This document shows, in pieces, positions 25,381-38,887 of a stretch of 64,000 nucleotides of DNA. Origin of the DNA: Octopus vulgaris (Eukaryota); assembly GCA_951406725.2 (NCBI GenBank), contig OX597826.1:52018001-52082000 (forward strand), in the 5' to 3' direction. Below the pieces are notes generated by a model. The model did no database searches and was not told the origin of the DNA. It saw only the letters and a list, made by a program, of their open reading frames with translations. Positions within the stretch are counted from its first letter, which is position 1. The number at the start of each line of letters is the position of its first letter. Both the position numbers and the translations under genes were made by a program.

Positions 25381-25816
25381 ATCTTTTCGGTTTGAACGGC
25401 AGTTTTTCTAGCGGTGTCATATGAAATTGTCACCCATAATTATGACTCTAGTATTGATCTATTGCATTTCAATCTGTTTTAGGTTTAGGGTTAGTTAGGG
25501 TTAGGGTTAGGGTTAGGGGTGGGGGAAAGGGTATCTTTTTTTCTTCACAAATGTAAATAAACCCGATATGTTTCTTAAACGAGGGACATATTCATACCGC
25601 ACAGAATGTTTTTTACCTCAATAGACGCCAGTGATTGGTTGAAATTGCAGAAATTGAAGGAAAAACAAAACAAATATCTTACAAATTATAGAATTTTCTC
25701 AATAAAGCCAAGAGAAAAAGATGTTTTATAAACACATTCTACCAGTAGACGAAGTTTAAAACTTTTTAGTTACCTAGAAATTATGTTAAAAACTGCCGTT
25801 CAAACCGAAACGATCC
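25381..25816. mobile_element. MITE with TIRs of about 25-29 bp and internal (TTAGGG)n, copy 1
   Basis: atcttttcggtttgaacggcagtttt ... aaaactgccgttcaaaccgaaacgat. Telomeric repeats at about 25485-25518. Confidence 0.85.
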
Positions 25817-25849
25817 AAAAGATTCCCCTCTAACTCTCTGTCTCTCCCC

Positions 25850-26223
25850 GAGCACAGAATGCATCAATTAGATGATAAGCATACAAGAGCATCCATCGTA
25901 CAGAATCAGGTGACGATGTCCCATTTCAGTTTAAAAGGCTTCAGTTTCCAGTGAGTCTTAGTTTTGCCATGATCAACAAATCGCAAGGGCAAACATTTTC
26001 GGTTGCCAGTTTACATCTACGGTCAACTTTACCTTAAATGGGAAAGAATAAAAAACAATTAGTTTATCGAGACATTATGAATTGATCCTAATAATGCAGA
26101 GATCTGTTCTGTTCAAGAAAGTTATCCGTCGGGGAAGGCATAGTCTGAAAGGGAGTAAAAATAAAATGAAATAAAGGCGTTCTATTGTGAAAATTGTCCG
26201 ACAACGGCAGGCTACTTAGCTAG
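25850..26223 (+). mobile_element. Helitron 3' fragment with a Pif1-like helicase remnant
   Basis: DVPFQFKRLQFPVSLSFAMINKSQGQTF resembles the RepHel motif QFPVRLAFAMTINKSQGQT. Ends in an imperfect hairpin plus CTAG|t at 26220-26223. Confidence 0.85.
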
Positions 26224-26404
26224 TTTTTTTTTTCTTTTTGTAGTTTCAGCTCATAGCTGTGGCCATGCTGGAGGCACCACCGTGTATATATATACATATA
26301 CGCATGCATAAGATGGGCTTCCACAGTTTACATCTATGAAATTCTCTCATAATTTTTATTCCACTTACCGTTAAAATATTTTTAAAAACATTACAGCCTT
26401 GACT

Positions 26405-26579
26405 AGATATGGCTGTGTGGTAAGTAGCTTGCTTACCAACGACATGTTTCGGATTCAGTTTCACTGCGTGGCACTTTGGGCAGGTGTCTTTTACTATAGC
26501 CTCACGCCGACTAAAGCCTTGTGAGTAGATTTGATAGACGGAAACTGAAAGAAGCCCGTCGCATATATATATATGTATA

Positions 26580-26626
<47 letters not shown>

Positions 26627-26850
26627 CTGTGTGTCGTTATGTCTGCTTGTCCCCACAACACCGCTTGACAACCGGTGCTGGTGTGTCTGCGTCGCCGTCA
26701 ACTAGTGGTTCGGCAAAGATATCGATGGAATAAGCACCAGACTTAAAAATATATAAATACTGGTGTCGATTCATTCGGTTAAGAACTAAAAGAGGTGCTT
26801 CAACATGACCGCACTCTAATGACTGAAACAAGTAAAAGAATAAAAGAATA
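26405..26850 (+). mobile_element. SINE family B copy
   Basis: Colinear with 23817-24260. Confidence 0.8.
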
Positions 26851-28650
26851 TAATAATTCAGATATTTAGTATTTAATTTTAAAATATAATAAGACCTATA
26901 TAAGACATATAGAAAATACTATAAGACGTACGGTGCATTTTTAAAACTCAAATTTACCTCATAAGTGGATTTCATCTTAAAGAATATCGAAATTTTTTTG
27001 CCATAGAGCTCTAAGCTAATGCTTGCCTGATTCCATTCATCATGTTATCTCTGCACCTGTATTTTAATTCAGTAAACTACCAAAATATTAATGTTTTCAT
27101 TTGTGAATGCTAAGCTTAACACGGTCGAAAGAGCCACTCCGAAACATACTAATGGATTTACAATCTGTGTATCGAAGATGATTGAAAGATATTAGAAGTT
27201 CATGTTATAAGACATTCATGCAGAATCAAAGAAACTGAGAAAAATTACAATTGAACCAAAACAAATCTTTTATATCTTAATATATTTTATCCGAAACCTA
27301 GTAAAGCTGCCTTGTTAGAAATGCATTTTAGTGTAATCTAAATTATTAACCCCTAAACTTTATGGTTCAGTTTCTTAATCGATGCGTATTTATTATTTAG
27401 TAGCAGCTGATTTTAGATATAGAAAATAAACAGTTACTTCCTAGTCATATTTTGTGTGTGTGTTTGTGTGTCTGTCTGCCTGTCTCCCCCGCCTCTCTCT
27501 CGCTCTCTCTCTCTCTCTTAAAAGTTTGTTCTATAGAGCACAGAAAATATTCGTATCTTCATATCTTTAAATCTAACGCTTTGAAAGTTACGGACAGATA
27601 TTCCAAGTAAACTCTATCTTCAATAATTCAGTTTGCCTTCTACTTCAAAAATATCTTCCATGCAGCAACACATACAATATACACAGATCGGTTAAACTAA
27701 TGCACAAATGAAACAAAAAAATCTGTACTGATTAAGGGAAAGATGAGTTTACTTTATATACACTTAAAGGCATTTTAACGACGAAATCAAGAATGTAGAA
27801 AAGAAATACAAACGCATGATGAAATATCAATAAGTTAGTTTAAAAGGGTTATACCTTTTACCATTAGTTTTATATTTTCTGAGATATGCTCTGCATGAAA
27901 GATACTCTATCTCCTTCATATGATGTCCCGTGTCTAACCATTACTGGTTAGAAACGATTCGCTTGACAAGATGGTAATGCTATAAAAGCGCAGTGCAATG
28001 CAGAAAAAATATCAATACATAACATTCCTGGTAGAATTCCTCTATTGAAAATTGGTCTCATGATGGATTTTGTTCTATAAATACGAACCAGCTTACCAAC
28101 ACCGTTGAATAACAAATTGCCTCGACTCTGGTGATGTAAAAGGTCAGAGCACAGACAGCAGTCTTTTAATAAATCCTTTCAACAAAAGCTAGCCACATAT
28201 TTACAATACCTCATTAAATTGGCTATTGAAAAGCACTTTAAACTAAACCAAAAATAGTAACTATAAACAGCGAAAATTCTTTTGATATTTTCTACACAAC
28301 TTTTTATCAGCTGTATCTCTTCAAATATATTCACCGTCTTATAGCAAGTAGTAAAGCACGAGAAAGAAGCGTTCAAATAAGACAAGATTTCGAATCACGG
28401 TTAGAGCTATTTCAGTTAAATAATTTCTCTAACGACGTTAAGTACGCCGTAAACACGATAACATCCTTTTATCACACGCATTTATAAAGCAATATTATTA
28501 GCCAATGTGAGACCAATGCGTATAAGGGTTCTGTGGTAAGCACCATAGAGAAGATATAGAATAACAGATCACAAAGTTAGGCGACTTCATTTCGAATTTT
28601 TTTAACGGCTTCCTGTCACTTTATCGTATTCATATAATTATAAGCTTTCT

Positions 28651-29061
28651 CGGATCTTTTCGGTTTGAATGGCAGTTTTTTCTAGCGGTGTCATGTGAAA
28701 TTGTCACCCATAATTATGACCCTAGTATCGATCTATTGCATTTCAATCTGTTTTAGGTTTAGGGTTAGTTAGGGTTAGGGTTAGGGTGGGGGGAAGGGTA
28801 TCGTTTTTCTTCACAAATTTAAATAAACCCAATCTGATTCTTAAACGAGGGACATATTCACAGAATGTTTTTTACCTGAATAGACGTCAGTGATTGGTTG
28901 AAATTGCAGAAATTGAAGAAAAAAAACAGCAAATATCTTACAAACTATAGAATTTTCTCAATAAAGCCAAGAGAAAAACATTCTACCAGTATACGAAGTT
29001 TAAAATTTTTTAGTTACCTAGAAATTATGTTAAAAACTGCCGTTCATACCGAAAAGATCCG
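28651..29061. mobile_element. TTAGGG-containing MITE, copy 2
   Basis: TIRs cggatcttttcggtttgaatggcagtttt and aaaactgccgttcataccgaaaagatccg. Flanking direct repeat tataagctttct at 28639-28650 and 29063-29074. Confidence 0.9.
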
Positions 29062-29611
29062 ATATAAGCTTTCTCTTGCTCTCTCTCTTTCTTTCAATCT
29101 TTCTGGCACGCACGCACGCTCAGGCGGCACACATACACACACATACACACGCACACACATTCAAGCATGCACGCACATACACAAATACCACACACACATA
29201 CACACACACACACAGACATACACACACTGTTTTTCTTTCTTCCTCTCTTCAAGCCCAAACGTGCAAAACTTGAAGTTCCAATCAAATCAATATTACAAAG
29301 AAATGTTGCTTTACTTAAATGTAAAGATTTTCCCGATCAGTAATGCTTTGTTTTCTTCGCGTTACTCAACAATACCAAATAATACATTCATACATTGAAT
29401 GTGTGTGTATATGTGTGTGTGTGTGTGTGCGTATAAATGTATATGCATATGTGATAAAAGGATGTTATCGTGTTTACGGCTTACTTGTCGTTAGAGAAAT
29501 TATTTAACTGAAATAGCTCTAACCGTGATTCGAAATCTTGTCTTATTTGAACGCTTCTTTCTCTTGCTTTGCTACTTGCTATAAGACGGTGAATATATAC
29601 ATATACATTTA

Positions 29612-30075
29612 TACTTTTGAGAAATCTCGAGTTGCACATGAGAAAGTAAGGAGGGATGTCAGGAAGGGCATCCAGAAGGGAAGGGTCTTCCTTTGATTCT
29701 GACATGCAATGTCTGTGCAAGACCCTGCCTCAGTAAAGCTGGACTCATGAGTCATCTTCGTAGTCATAAAACGAGACAGATGAGTGACAACCTGGCCTCT
29801 GGTGGTAGTGTAACACACCATACTAATCATATCTGTCGGGCATGTGGAAGAGAGTGTTATTCGGCAGGAAGACTTAAACGACATGCAAAGGTACATGAAG
29901 CCCAGTTACAACTACAGCCGGCTATTACCAGTAAAAGTTTTAGTTGCCAATTTTGTACAAGACATTGTAGATCTTTAGCTGGGCTAAAAAGTCACATTCG
30001 ATCACAGCACCAGTAACAGTTAAGCTTCGTGCAATGGCCATACTCGATAACGATAGGGCAGCCATAATAAGATGA
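29612..30075 (+). mobile_element. RTE-like LINE 3' end encoding three C2H2 zinc fingers
   Basis: FEKSRVAHEKVRR, then a frameshift, then CNVC...H...H, CRAC...H...H and CQFC...H....H with a stop at 30016. RTE-type tail ccatactcgataacgatagggcagccataataagatga. Confidence 0.7.
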
Positions 30076-30513
<438 letters not shown>

Positions 30514-31229
30514 GTATATATATATATATATGCATACATGTATATGGATGTATATTACGTATTTTATCTTGTATGATATATTTTCCATGTTTTCAAATGT
30601 ATTTTGTCACTCTTCTGAGGTTTTTTACGCTTGTCCCCTCTTGCACTTCTTTATGGAATAAGTTTCATTTTGTGGGGGATCTTACCTATATAATACCATA
30701 TATACATGCACGCGCGCACACACATACATTCTCACAATCCTTTGTAGTAAATCAATATATTAATGATGTTATTAAGGTCAGCATTTTGTATTCTCAAGTA
30801 GATTATTTTCAGTCTTTCGCTGTGTTTCATTAAATTAGAATAGTAAAGATTTTTCATTCAGTTCTAATATGAAATTCAATTTGCTTTTTCTTTTAATATC
30901 ATCATAATGAATGTAATGAGGTATATTTCGTATCTGTACGTAAATTACATTTTTAATCACAAGAAATAGAGGTGTATAGCTACATAAGCGAAAGTGTCTC
31001 TCTATAGATTGAAGAATATATGATTCACGAGACTTTGTAGCTATGTAGGAAATAGATTCTCATTCCGTTGTATAAACACTGACCATTATTCCTCGAAGAT
31101 CGATAATAAGTAAATAGCAGTGTCGTTTTAATCGACTGTACGCCATGCCAAAATGTGCGGCATATATAAGAAAACAATATCTCTGTCTAATCTTGTGCCT
31201 GTATAAGAAGAATCAATATTATTGTTATT

Positions 31230-32560
31230 TGGTAAACTGAGCAGAATCGATAGCACGCCGGCCAAAATGCTTAGCGGCACTTCGTCCGTCTTTTCGTTCT
31301 GAGTTCAAATGCCGCCGACGCCAACTTTACTTTTTATCTTTTCGGGGGTCGATGAAATAAGTACCAGTTTAGCGCTGGGATCGATGTAACTTACTTCCTC
31401 TTTCTTCTGAAATTGCCAGCTTTGGTTTAAGCCGGCGAGCTGGCAGAATCGTTACCATGCCGGGCAAAATGCTTAGCGACACTTCGTCCATCTTCGCATT
31501 CTGAGTTCAAACACCGCCGAGGTCGACTTGCCTTTCATCCTTTCAGGGCCGATAAAATAAGTACCAGTTGAGCGCTGGGATCAATGCAATCGACTTACAC
31601 CCTCCCTGAAATTGCTGGCCTTGTGCCAAAATTTGAAACCAATGTTATAATTATTGGTAAACTGGCAGAATCGTCTCCACGTCGAACAAAGTGCTTAGCG
31701 GCATTTCTTCCAGCTCTTTACCTTCTCAATTCAAATTCTACCGGGGTCAGCGTTGCCTTTCATCCTTTCGGAGTCGATAAAATAAGTACCAGCTTAGCAT
31801 GTAATTGACTTGATACTTCCCGCGAAATTTCAAACCTTGTGCCTTTAGTAGAAAGGATTATTATTATTGTTGTTGTTTATTAAGGTACCGAACAGGCAGA
31901 ATCGCTACGGCTTCGGACAAAATGCTTAACAGTAATACCTCTGGCTCTTTATGTTCTGGGTGGCGAGCTGGCAGAAAAGATAGCACGCCGGGCAAAATGC
32001 GTAGCCGTATTTCGCCTGCCGTTACGTTCTGAGTTCAAATTCCGCCGATGTCGACTTTGCCTTTCATCCTTTCGGGGTCGATAAATTAAGTACCAGTTAC
32101 GCGCTGGGGTCGATGTAATCGACTTAATCCGTTTGTCTGTCCTTGTTTGTCCCCTTTGTATTTAGCCCCTTGTGGGTAGTACAGAAATAGGTATTACCTC
32201 TGGCTCTTTATGTTTTGGGCGGCGAGCTGGAAGAAACGTTAGCACACCGGGCGAAATGCTTAGCGGTATTTCGTCTGCCGCTACGACCTAAGTTCAAATT
32301 CCGCCGAGGTTGACTATGCCTTTCATCCTTTTGCGGTCGATAAAATAAGTACCAGTTACGCACTGGGGTCGATGTAATCGACTTAATCTCTTTGTCCTTG
32401 TTTGTCACCTCTATGTTTAGCCCCCTGTGGGCAATAAAGAAATATATGTTCTGGGCTCAAATTTCACTGAAGTTAACTTCACTTTTCCTTCTCAGTTGAT
32501 AAAAAAAGCCCCTGAGTCCGATCTAATCAACTAAAACTCCATCCCCCAAATCCTGCATTG
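31230..32560 (+). mobile_element. Head-to-tail and nested cluster of about six SINE family A copies
   Basis: The repeated head gcagaatcg and box B gagttcaaa start near 31235, 31435, 31660, 31885 (the host copy), 31961 and 32221. TSDs are described under findings. Confidence 0.9.
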
Positions 32561-34616
32561 GAACCAAAGTTTGAAGCTATTATTATTGTTGTTGTTCTTA
32601 TTATTTTGTTGCTATGATACTATGAGTCAGATATATTTTGCTTTGTTCATAACATCTCGAATTTTGCTATGTGCAAAAGGAAAAAGATATATGTATATAG
32701 TGAGCTTCTGCACAACGCGGTAAGAATTCATCTACCTGTATTATTTTCACCGTTTGGGAAAATTAATTCAATTTGAGAAGTATAAATTTCTTCATATCAC
32801 TGAAAATTAAAACTATGGCTATGTAGGAACGCACCTTTTATGTGGGTCGAACAGAAACCATATTTCTAAGGACGGCAAATAGAAATGGGAGAACTAATTT
32901 AACAGAAGACATACAAATCTCATTCAGAATACAGTGATTTTATATCAGAAAATTACTATAGTTTTAACAATTTAAACAATATGATTCACGATAGTAACAA
33001 CAACGGCAATAACACATACACACGCTTTCCTTGTGAGGTAGAACTGCATAACACAAAGAATGCATGTATACTTCAGTCGAATATAAAACGAAAATGGATG
33101 TCTTGCGCCCACATCCTCATGAGGCCAAGGCTCATCTGGATTTCTGATGTGTTGGGGCGATTTAGAGTACAAGACTACTCCATGAACGGTACGCCGATCC
33201 CTTTCAGTACTAGCCTGTTGGAATAACTGGAAATAAAGACTCTTATTCAAAGATACAAAACAGTGTCCGAAGCGAGAATCGAGCCCGTGAACTTACGATT
33301 GAGATCCTAAAAGCCGTCCTTTCAGTCCTCCACCTTCACTCGTATTACACATGAATTACGAAAAGGGGGTTAATGACAAAACTGATCCATGTTTTTTTGT
33401 CGTATTCGTGGAGATGTATGGGTAAGTGATAAGCACTGGGGTAATGAGGGATGCTGTATTGTCGGATCGATTCCGTATGAATATACAAGTGTTAATGAGG
33501 CTCTGAAGTCCATAAATCTATTCCGGAAATGAGCTCTGTCTTGGGTACAGAAAGAAAATCCATGCGAATTGTGGCAGAGACACTAGTGGTTACATGTATG
33601 GTAATATATGAAACTGGAGGGATATCTGCCGGGGTGACGCCAACTCAGAGCAGAAGTTAAATGCAGAAACTGCAACAGTAGCAGCACCACCAACAACAAC
33701 AACTACAACAACAAAAATAGGCAATAAAAGTGGTTATTTTCAGGTCTTTAATCCCAAGTACCAATGAACGGGGACCTCCTTCCCTTTCATATACATAGCT
33801 TCTATCCTGTCGTTTTGCAACGATGGGGGAGGAAACGGGACATGAACAAGGGTGAAAGACTGCAGAGGACAGTGGACACGAAAGAACCCACAACAAGATT
33901 AAAAGACATATAGATCAAATGAATAGAGATCAAATCCTCCTCTAGAAGAGATCAAGATCCAGGGGCACTACTTTTCTAAGAAAATCACATATTTTATAGA
34001 TCGATAAAAAGAAAAAATATCAGATAAGTCCTGAGTTGACAATATCAACTAAACCTCCCCAGCCTAAATTGGTGGCCTTGTGCTAAATTAGAAATTATCA
34101 TTATTACTATTAAAACATATTATATAGATATATTTCCGACCTCTTAGTCAATGTTGAAACAACAGATAATATAGTTTCTTACCATAATAGACTGCTATTC
34201 TGCTTACACACCGAAACCACAGAAACCCCGCCCTTAAATTCCCTGTCGCAAGGTGAAACCACCACGTAATTAATTAGAAAAAAACATTAATTCGTTTTAT
34301 ATGTTATTATCTATAAATATTACAGTTCCTTCAAAAATATTAGCTTCATAATCTATTAATTTGCTCCCTTTTCTCGGAGATGAAAAGCTTATTCAAAAAC
34401 GATTGTGAGAAATGAAAAGATAACTGCAATGACGATAACTTTCATAAAGATGTGAACGTATAATGTTGAAGTAATAGCTTTATATATATTTTCACTGACA
34501 CTGAATAATACCAGCTAGTCTCACTTGTAAAGAATTCGCTAAATATCTCTCATTCATTGATGCTTATTGATATATGATTTTGTTGTTTGATTTTTTTTGT
34601 TTTCAAATTCCTTTAG

Positions 34617-34685
34617 CATAGTCAACTGGCTATTAACAACCAACCAGACTACTCCAAAATAAGGTCATATCGAGAGATTTATTGA
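34617..34685 (+). CDS. Candidate next or terminal coding exon of the receptor (short C-tail HSQLAINNQPDYSKIRSYREIY*)
   Basis: Strong T-rich acceptor (ttttttttgttttcaaattcctttag|). A phase-0 join gives FLSQ|HSQLAIN, with the same spacing as GluN3A HTSQ-RLHRAIN as recalled. Only 3 residues match, so this may be chance. Confidence 0.25.
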   Translation, partial: HSQLAINNQPDYSKIRSYREIY

Positions 34686-36579
34686 TTCATCTACTGCAAC
34701 CAGCAAATAGTATTAAGAGTGTCCTTCGTTCTCTGGTGTCCATTCGAATTATTTGAATTATCAATCACCATAGATTCTAATTGATGGTAATATTGATTAC
34801 CAATATATATCCAACTTAGTAACTACGTCTGAGGATCACATACCGACTTCATCCGAATAATTTATCTTGCAACAACATTTTACTTCCTATTGAATGCTAA
34901 ATCCATTGAATCGAAGTCACGAAATCAGTTTGGTGACGAACTGTCGGCATTCAAATTAGAAAATGTTTGAATGTATGATGCAGAATAGCGTTAATTTTCA
35001 CAGAAAATGACTCATATCTAGCCGACCCGATATACTGAAATATATATTCTTGTATGAAGTGCAAAAGGTGAACATTTTAGTGATGTTTTCTTGTTGCCGT
35101 CGTATATTTTTTATATGTAATTTAGTTTTAAATTAATAACAATGAAACATTATCCCAAACTGAAGTCGAGCTGACTAACTTGATTAAAAATTACTTTATG
35201 ACACTTATATTCAAATCCAAACTCTAATATATATTACATGAAAGCCTGGAATACGAAATGGCATCGATTAGGGGTTATTGTTTTTTATCTTGAATGTAAG
35301 TAGTTTTCTTCTTTTTTTTTCCTTTCAAATACTATTCCAGGACTTTCCCGAGCCTTTCATTTCAGTTCATGAATATATATCAAGCTTTTATGCGCCAGAT
35401 TTTTCTACAGCAATACTAGAAAAGACCTTCACTATAGGTAAATACTAGGCAGTAGTTGACTACTATACATGGCAATACGAATATGCTAGATAGAGAATGA
35501 GGTTGTAATAAAACCACTAGGAGTGATAGAAACCCTAGTTCCTATATGTAGTTGTGTGTGTATGTGTGTGCGTTTCAGTGTGCTTGTATGTGTGTTTGTG
35601 TATGCGTCTGTTTGCACACGTTTATATCAGATTATGAACGAATGCGTGTAACATTGGTGTTACGTCTTTTCCCAGCAAGTGGGGTCAGATAGGGCTCTTA
35701 GCAATGTCATAACAGTGCTATGTTGACAAATAAACAGCATATGTACGTAAGTTTGTCTTGAGTACGTTTGTCTAATGACTGAAACACGTAAAAGATTAAA
35801 GAAAAATACATGATAACATTGAAACCGTTGAGAGAATAGTGAAGGACGGTTCATACAATAACACAGATGTAGACATTGTATGGACGTATGGTTAAGAAAT
35901 GGTCTATGCAATAATGAGATCCTGGTTTCGATTCCACTGCGTGACATCTTGGGTAAGTGTCATTTTCTATAGCTTTGGTTGACGGAAAATATGTAGAAAA
36001 AAACCTTTCAGTAGATTGTACTATGGTTCAAGGAACCAGTCAAATCATATTGCGTCACGTTGATTCTGCTTGAAAGTTACATGAAAGGTGAACAATTTTA
36101 TGTAATACTCAACCACTTAAACGATAATTCAATGAATCCGGTACCTTAGTTGAACGACCAATTGAACACACATGGTCGAAAACGCTGACCAAGATACATC
36201 TAATATCACAAAGACGTAAATATCAGCAACAGTGTCTCTGTAAGTTAGGTACAGTAAATTCTGATTTATATGCTTAATAAATTCGAGAGCAGAAATGCTT
36301 TAAGAATTTGATGGAAAGCTGTGTTACTTTTTCGATTTGGCGCTGATGGGATCTTCAGAAAACGGTAAAATTCATTTCAGCCTCTTCGCCGCCGCTGTCG
36401 TCGTCGTTATCATTGTCATTCAGAGAAAGGTTCTCTTCTTCCCCACTTTTTTTGTTTATTGTTGCGAAGAAACAATATTCGCCCACTTTACGGTAGTTAG
36501 ATGTGCCACTTATTCACATCGTTTGTATCATTGAAAGTTATCTGTTTTCGTTGGAATCAATGCTACTAACTACAATTAA

Positions 36580-36620
36580 AATATAAACATTGACACTTCA
36601 GGAGTGTCAAAGTTTATATT
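36580..36620. repeat. Near-perfect 41-bp palindrome
   Basis: aatataaacattgacact-tcagg-agtgtcaaagtttatatt. 17 of 18 positions pair. Confidence 0.9.
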
Positions 36621-37382
36621 GGCCAACATTTGGGATAACCACTGGAAATGTAGTTTCACGATCAGTCATTGAATTCCTTTATCATACACCACAAATATCC
36701 TTGTGGAAGTTTATTCACGTTTCTTCCATTTCTGTCTTTCTTGCTAATTCTAGGGTTTGGTGTTGAAATGTTACTCCATGTATTGGAGCATAGAAAGAAA
36801 TATTTCTAGATAAAAACTGATCCAGAGTATTAAGGCATGCATTTCACATTTGAAATCTCCTAAATTGTACCTTTGCAATTTATTGATGGCAATAAATGTC
36901 GCATTTTATTGACAATAATTCAAACCCAACATTCTATCCCCATATCACTGACAGCCGTCTTTTCAACGACACGTATTGGTTGTATTTTGTTGTTTTTATT
37001 GAGATTCTTAAATATTTTTCCATACACAAATATAGCTCCATCGCCTACGATATTCCGCAAAAAAATTTATAATACGCAGGCATACATCCATACACATAAA
37101 TTCATACACATATATGTATATAGACACACATACGTGTGTGTGTATGTATGATTGTATGTATGTATGTGTGCATGTTTGCATGGATGCATGCATGCGTGTA
37201 TGTATGTATGTATATATGTATATTCAATGTATATTCACACACACACACACACATAGATGCATATATACATACATACATACATACATATATATATATATGT
37301 GTGTGTGTGTATATATATATATATGTATATATATACATATATATATATATACATATATATATATACATATATATATATACAT

Positions 37383-37444
<62 letters not shown>

Positions 37445-37754
37445 CACACACACATACAGTTATGCTTACGTGTGTGTATGTGCGTATATCTCAAATCACA
37501 ACATTACGATGGTCTAGAGGTAAGCAACATCCTGAACGAAGACATCACTGGATAAGAGAGAAGGGAAAACGATGGCAATAATTAATATAATGAAGATGAA
37601 GAGCGTAAAAGAGAAAAAGTGAAAAACTCACGCAAGCTAGTCATACTTCTTGGCGTCAAAAGCTGTAAGGCTTTCCTTTCAAGTAGATAATTTATTTTAC
37701 TAAATTATTTTGTCTAATTTCTTTTACGTTATTTCATTTTTCACATTAAGTTGT

Positions 37755-38120
37755 CGAGTTCTGAGTTTAAATTCCGCCCAGTCGACTTTGTCTTTCGCGG
37801 TCGACAAAATAAGAACTAGTTAAGTACTGAGGTCTAGGCAACCGGTTTATCCCCCTCCCTTTGAAATTGCCGAGTTTGGGCCAAAATTTGAAACAGATAT
37901 TCATGTGTCGAGCTGCAAGAATTGTTAGCTCACTGTATAAGATGCTTAGCGGCGTTTCTTTTGAATTTTACGTTCTGAGTTCAAATGCGGCCGAGATTGA
38001 TTTGACTTTCCTCATTTCGATAAAATAAATACCGTTGAAAATCGTGATTGGTATAATCGACTTATCTCCACCCCAACCCCCGAAATTGCTGGCCTTGTGC
38101 CAAAATTTGAAATCAATATT
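37755..38120 (+). mobile_element. Two degenerate tandem SINE A copies
   Basis: gttctgagtt.aaat and the tail gccaaaatttgaaa each occur twice. Confidence 0.7.
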
Positions 38121-38375
38121 AAGACTTGTTCTGGTTATTTTCATTCTCAAATATAACAAAAAAAGCAACAATTTAAATAATTAACCTGAAATTTCCTGAA
38201 AAATAGCGAATAATCACGCACATTCATTAAAGCTTTCTTCCATTGTCCTTTCCGTTTAGTCATAAAATATCTCATTTTACATGTTTTCCTTCAGAAATTC
38301 TAAAGTAACTTTTTCCCTTCAGTAATTTTTTCCATTCAGGTGCCGCATCCGCGATGCTGCACTGGGTGAAAGGTA

Positions 38376-38772
38376 TCTTTTTACTTGTTTCAGTCATTTG
38401 ACTGCGGCCATGCTGGAGTACCGCCTATAGTCGAGCAAATCGACCCCGGGACTTATTCTTTGTAAGCCCAGTACTTATTCTATCGGTATCTTTTGCCGAA
38501 CCGCTAAGTAACGGGGACGTAAACACACCAGCATCGGTTGTCAAGCAATGCTAGGGGGACAAACACAGACACACAAACACACACGCATGCATATATATAT
38601 ACATATATACGACAGGCTCCTTTCAGTTTCCGACTACCAAATCCACTCAAAAGGCATTGGTTGGCCCGGGGCTATAGCAGAAGACACTTGCCCAAAATGC
38701 CACGCAGTGGGACTGAACCCGTAACCATGTGGTTGGTTAGCAAGCTACTTACCACACAGCCACTCCTGTGCC
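38376..38772 (-). mobile_element. SINE family B copy
   Basis: Reverse complement of 23817-24260. Very similar to 60486-60876. Confidence 0.88.
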
Positions 38773-38887
38773 TATAAAGACCAAAACATTGTTTATGTAA
38801 CCGTTAGGACTATTCAGGTCACTAAAACAATTCGCGGAGACATGGTACACTTTAGCAATTCATATTCACTAGCGAGTGACGTATCTG

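Noticed and set aside
25479-25531. TTAGGG repeats as a telomere or chromosome fusion scar
   Set aside because: They lie inside a TIR-bounded element present twice in the window.
31230-32460. tRNA gene cluster or CRISPR-like array
   Set aside because: The box A and box B motifs belong to SINE heads with long bodies and TSDs. There is no cloverleaf and no repeat-spacer structure.
38538-38777. Recurrent ORFs containing ARGYSRRHLPK (also at 38993 and 60656) as a gene family
   Set aside because: They are antisense translations of SINE family B.
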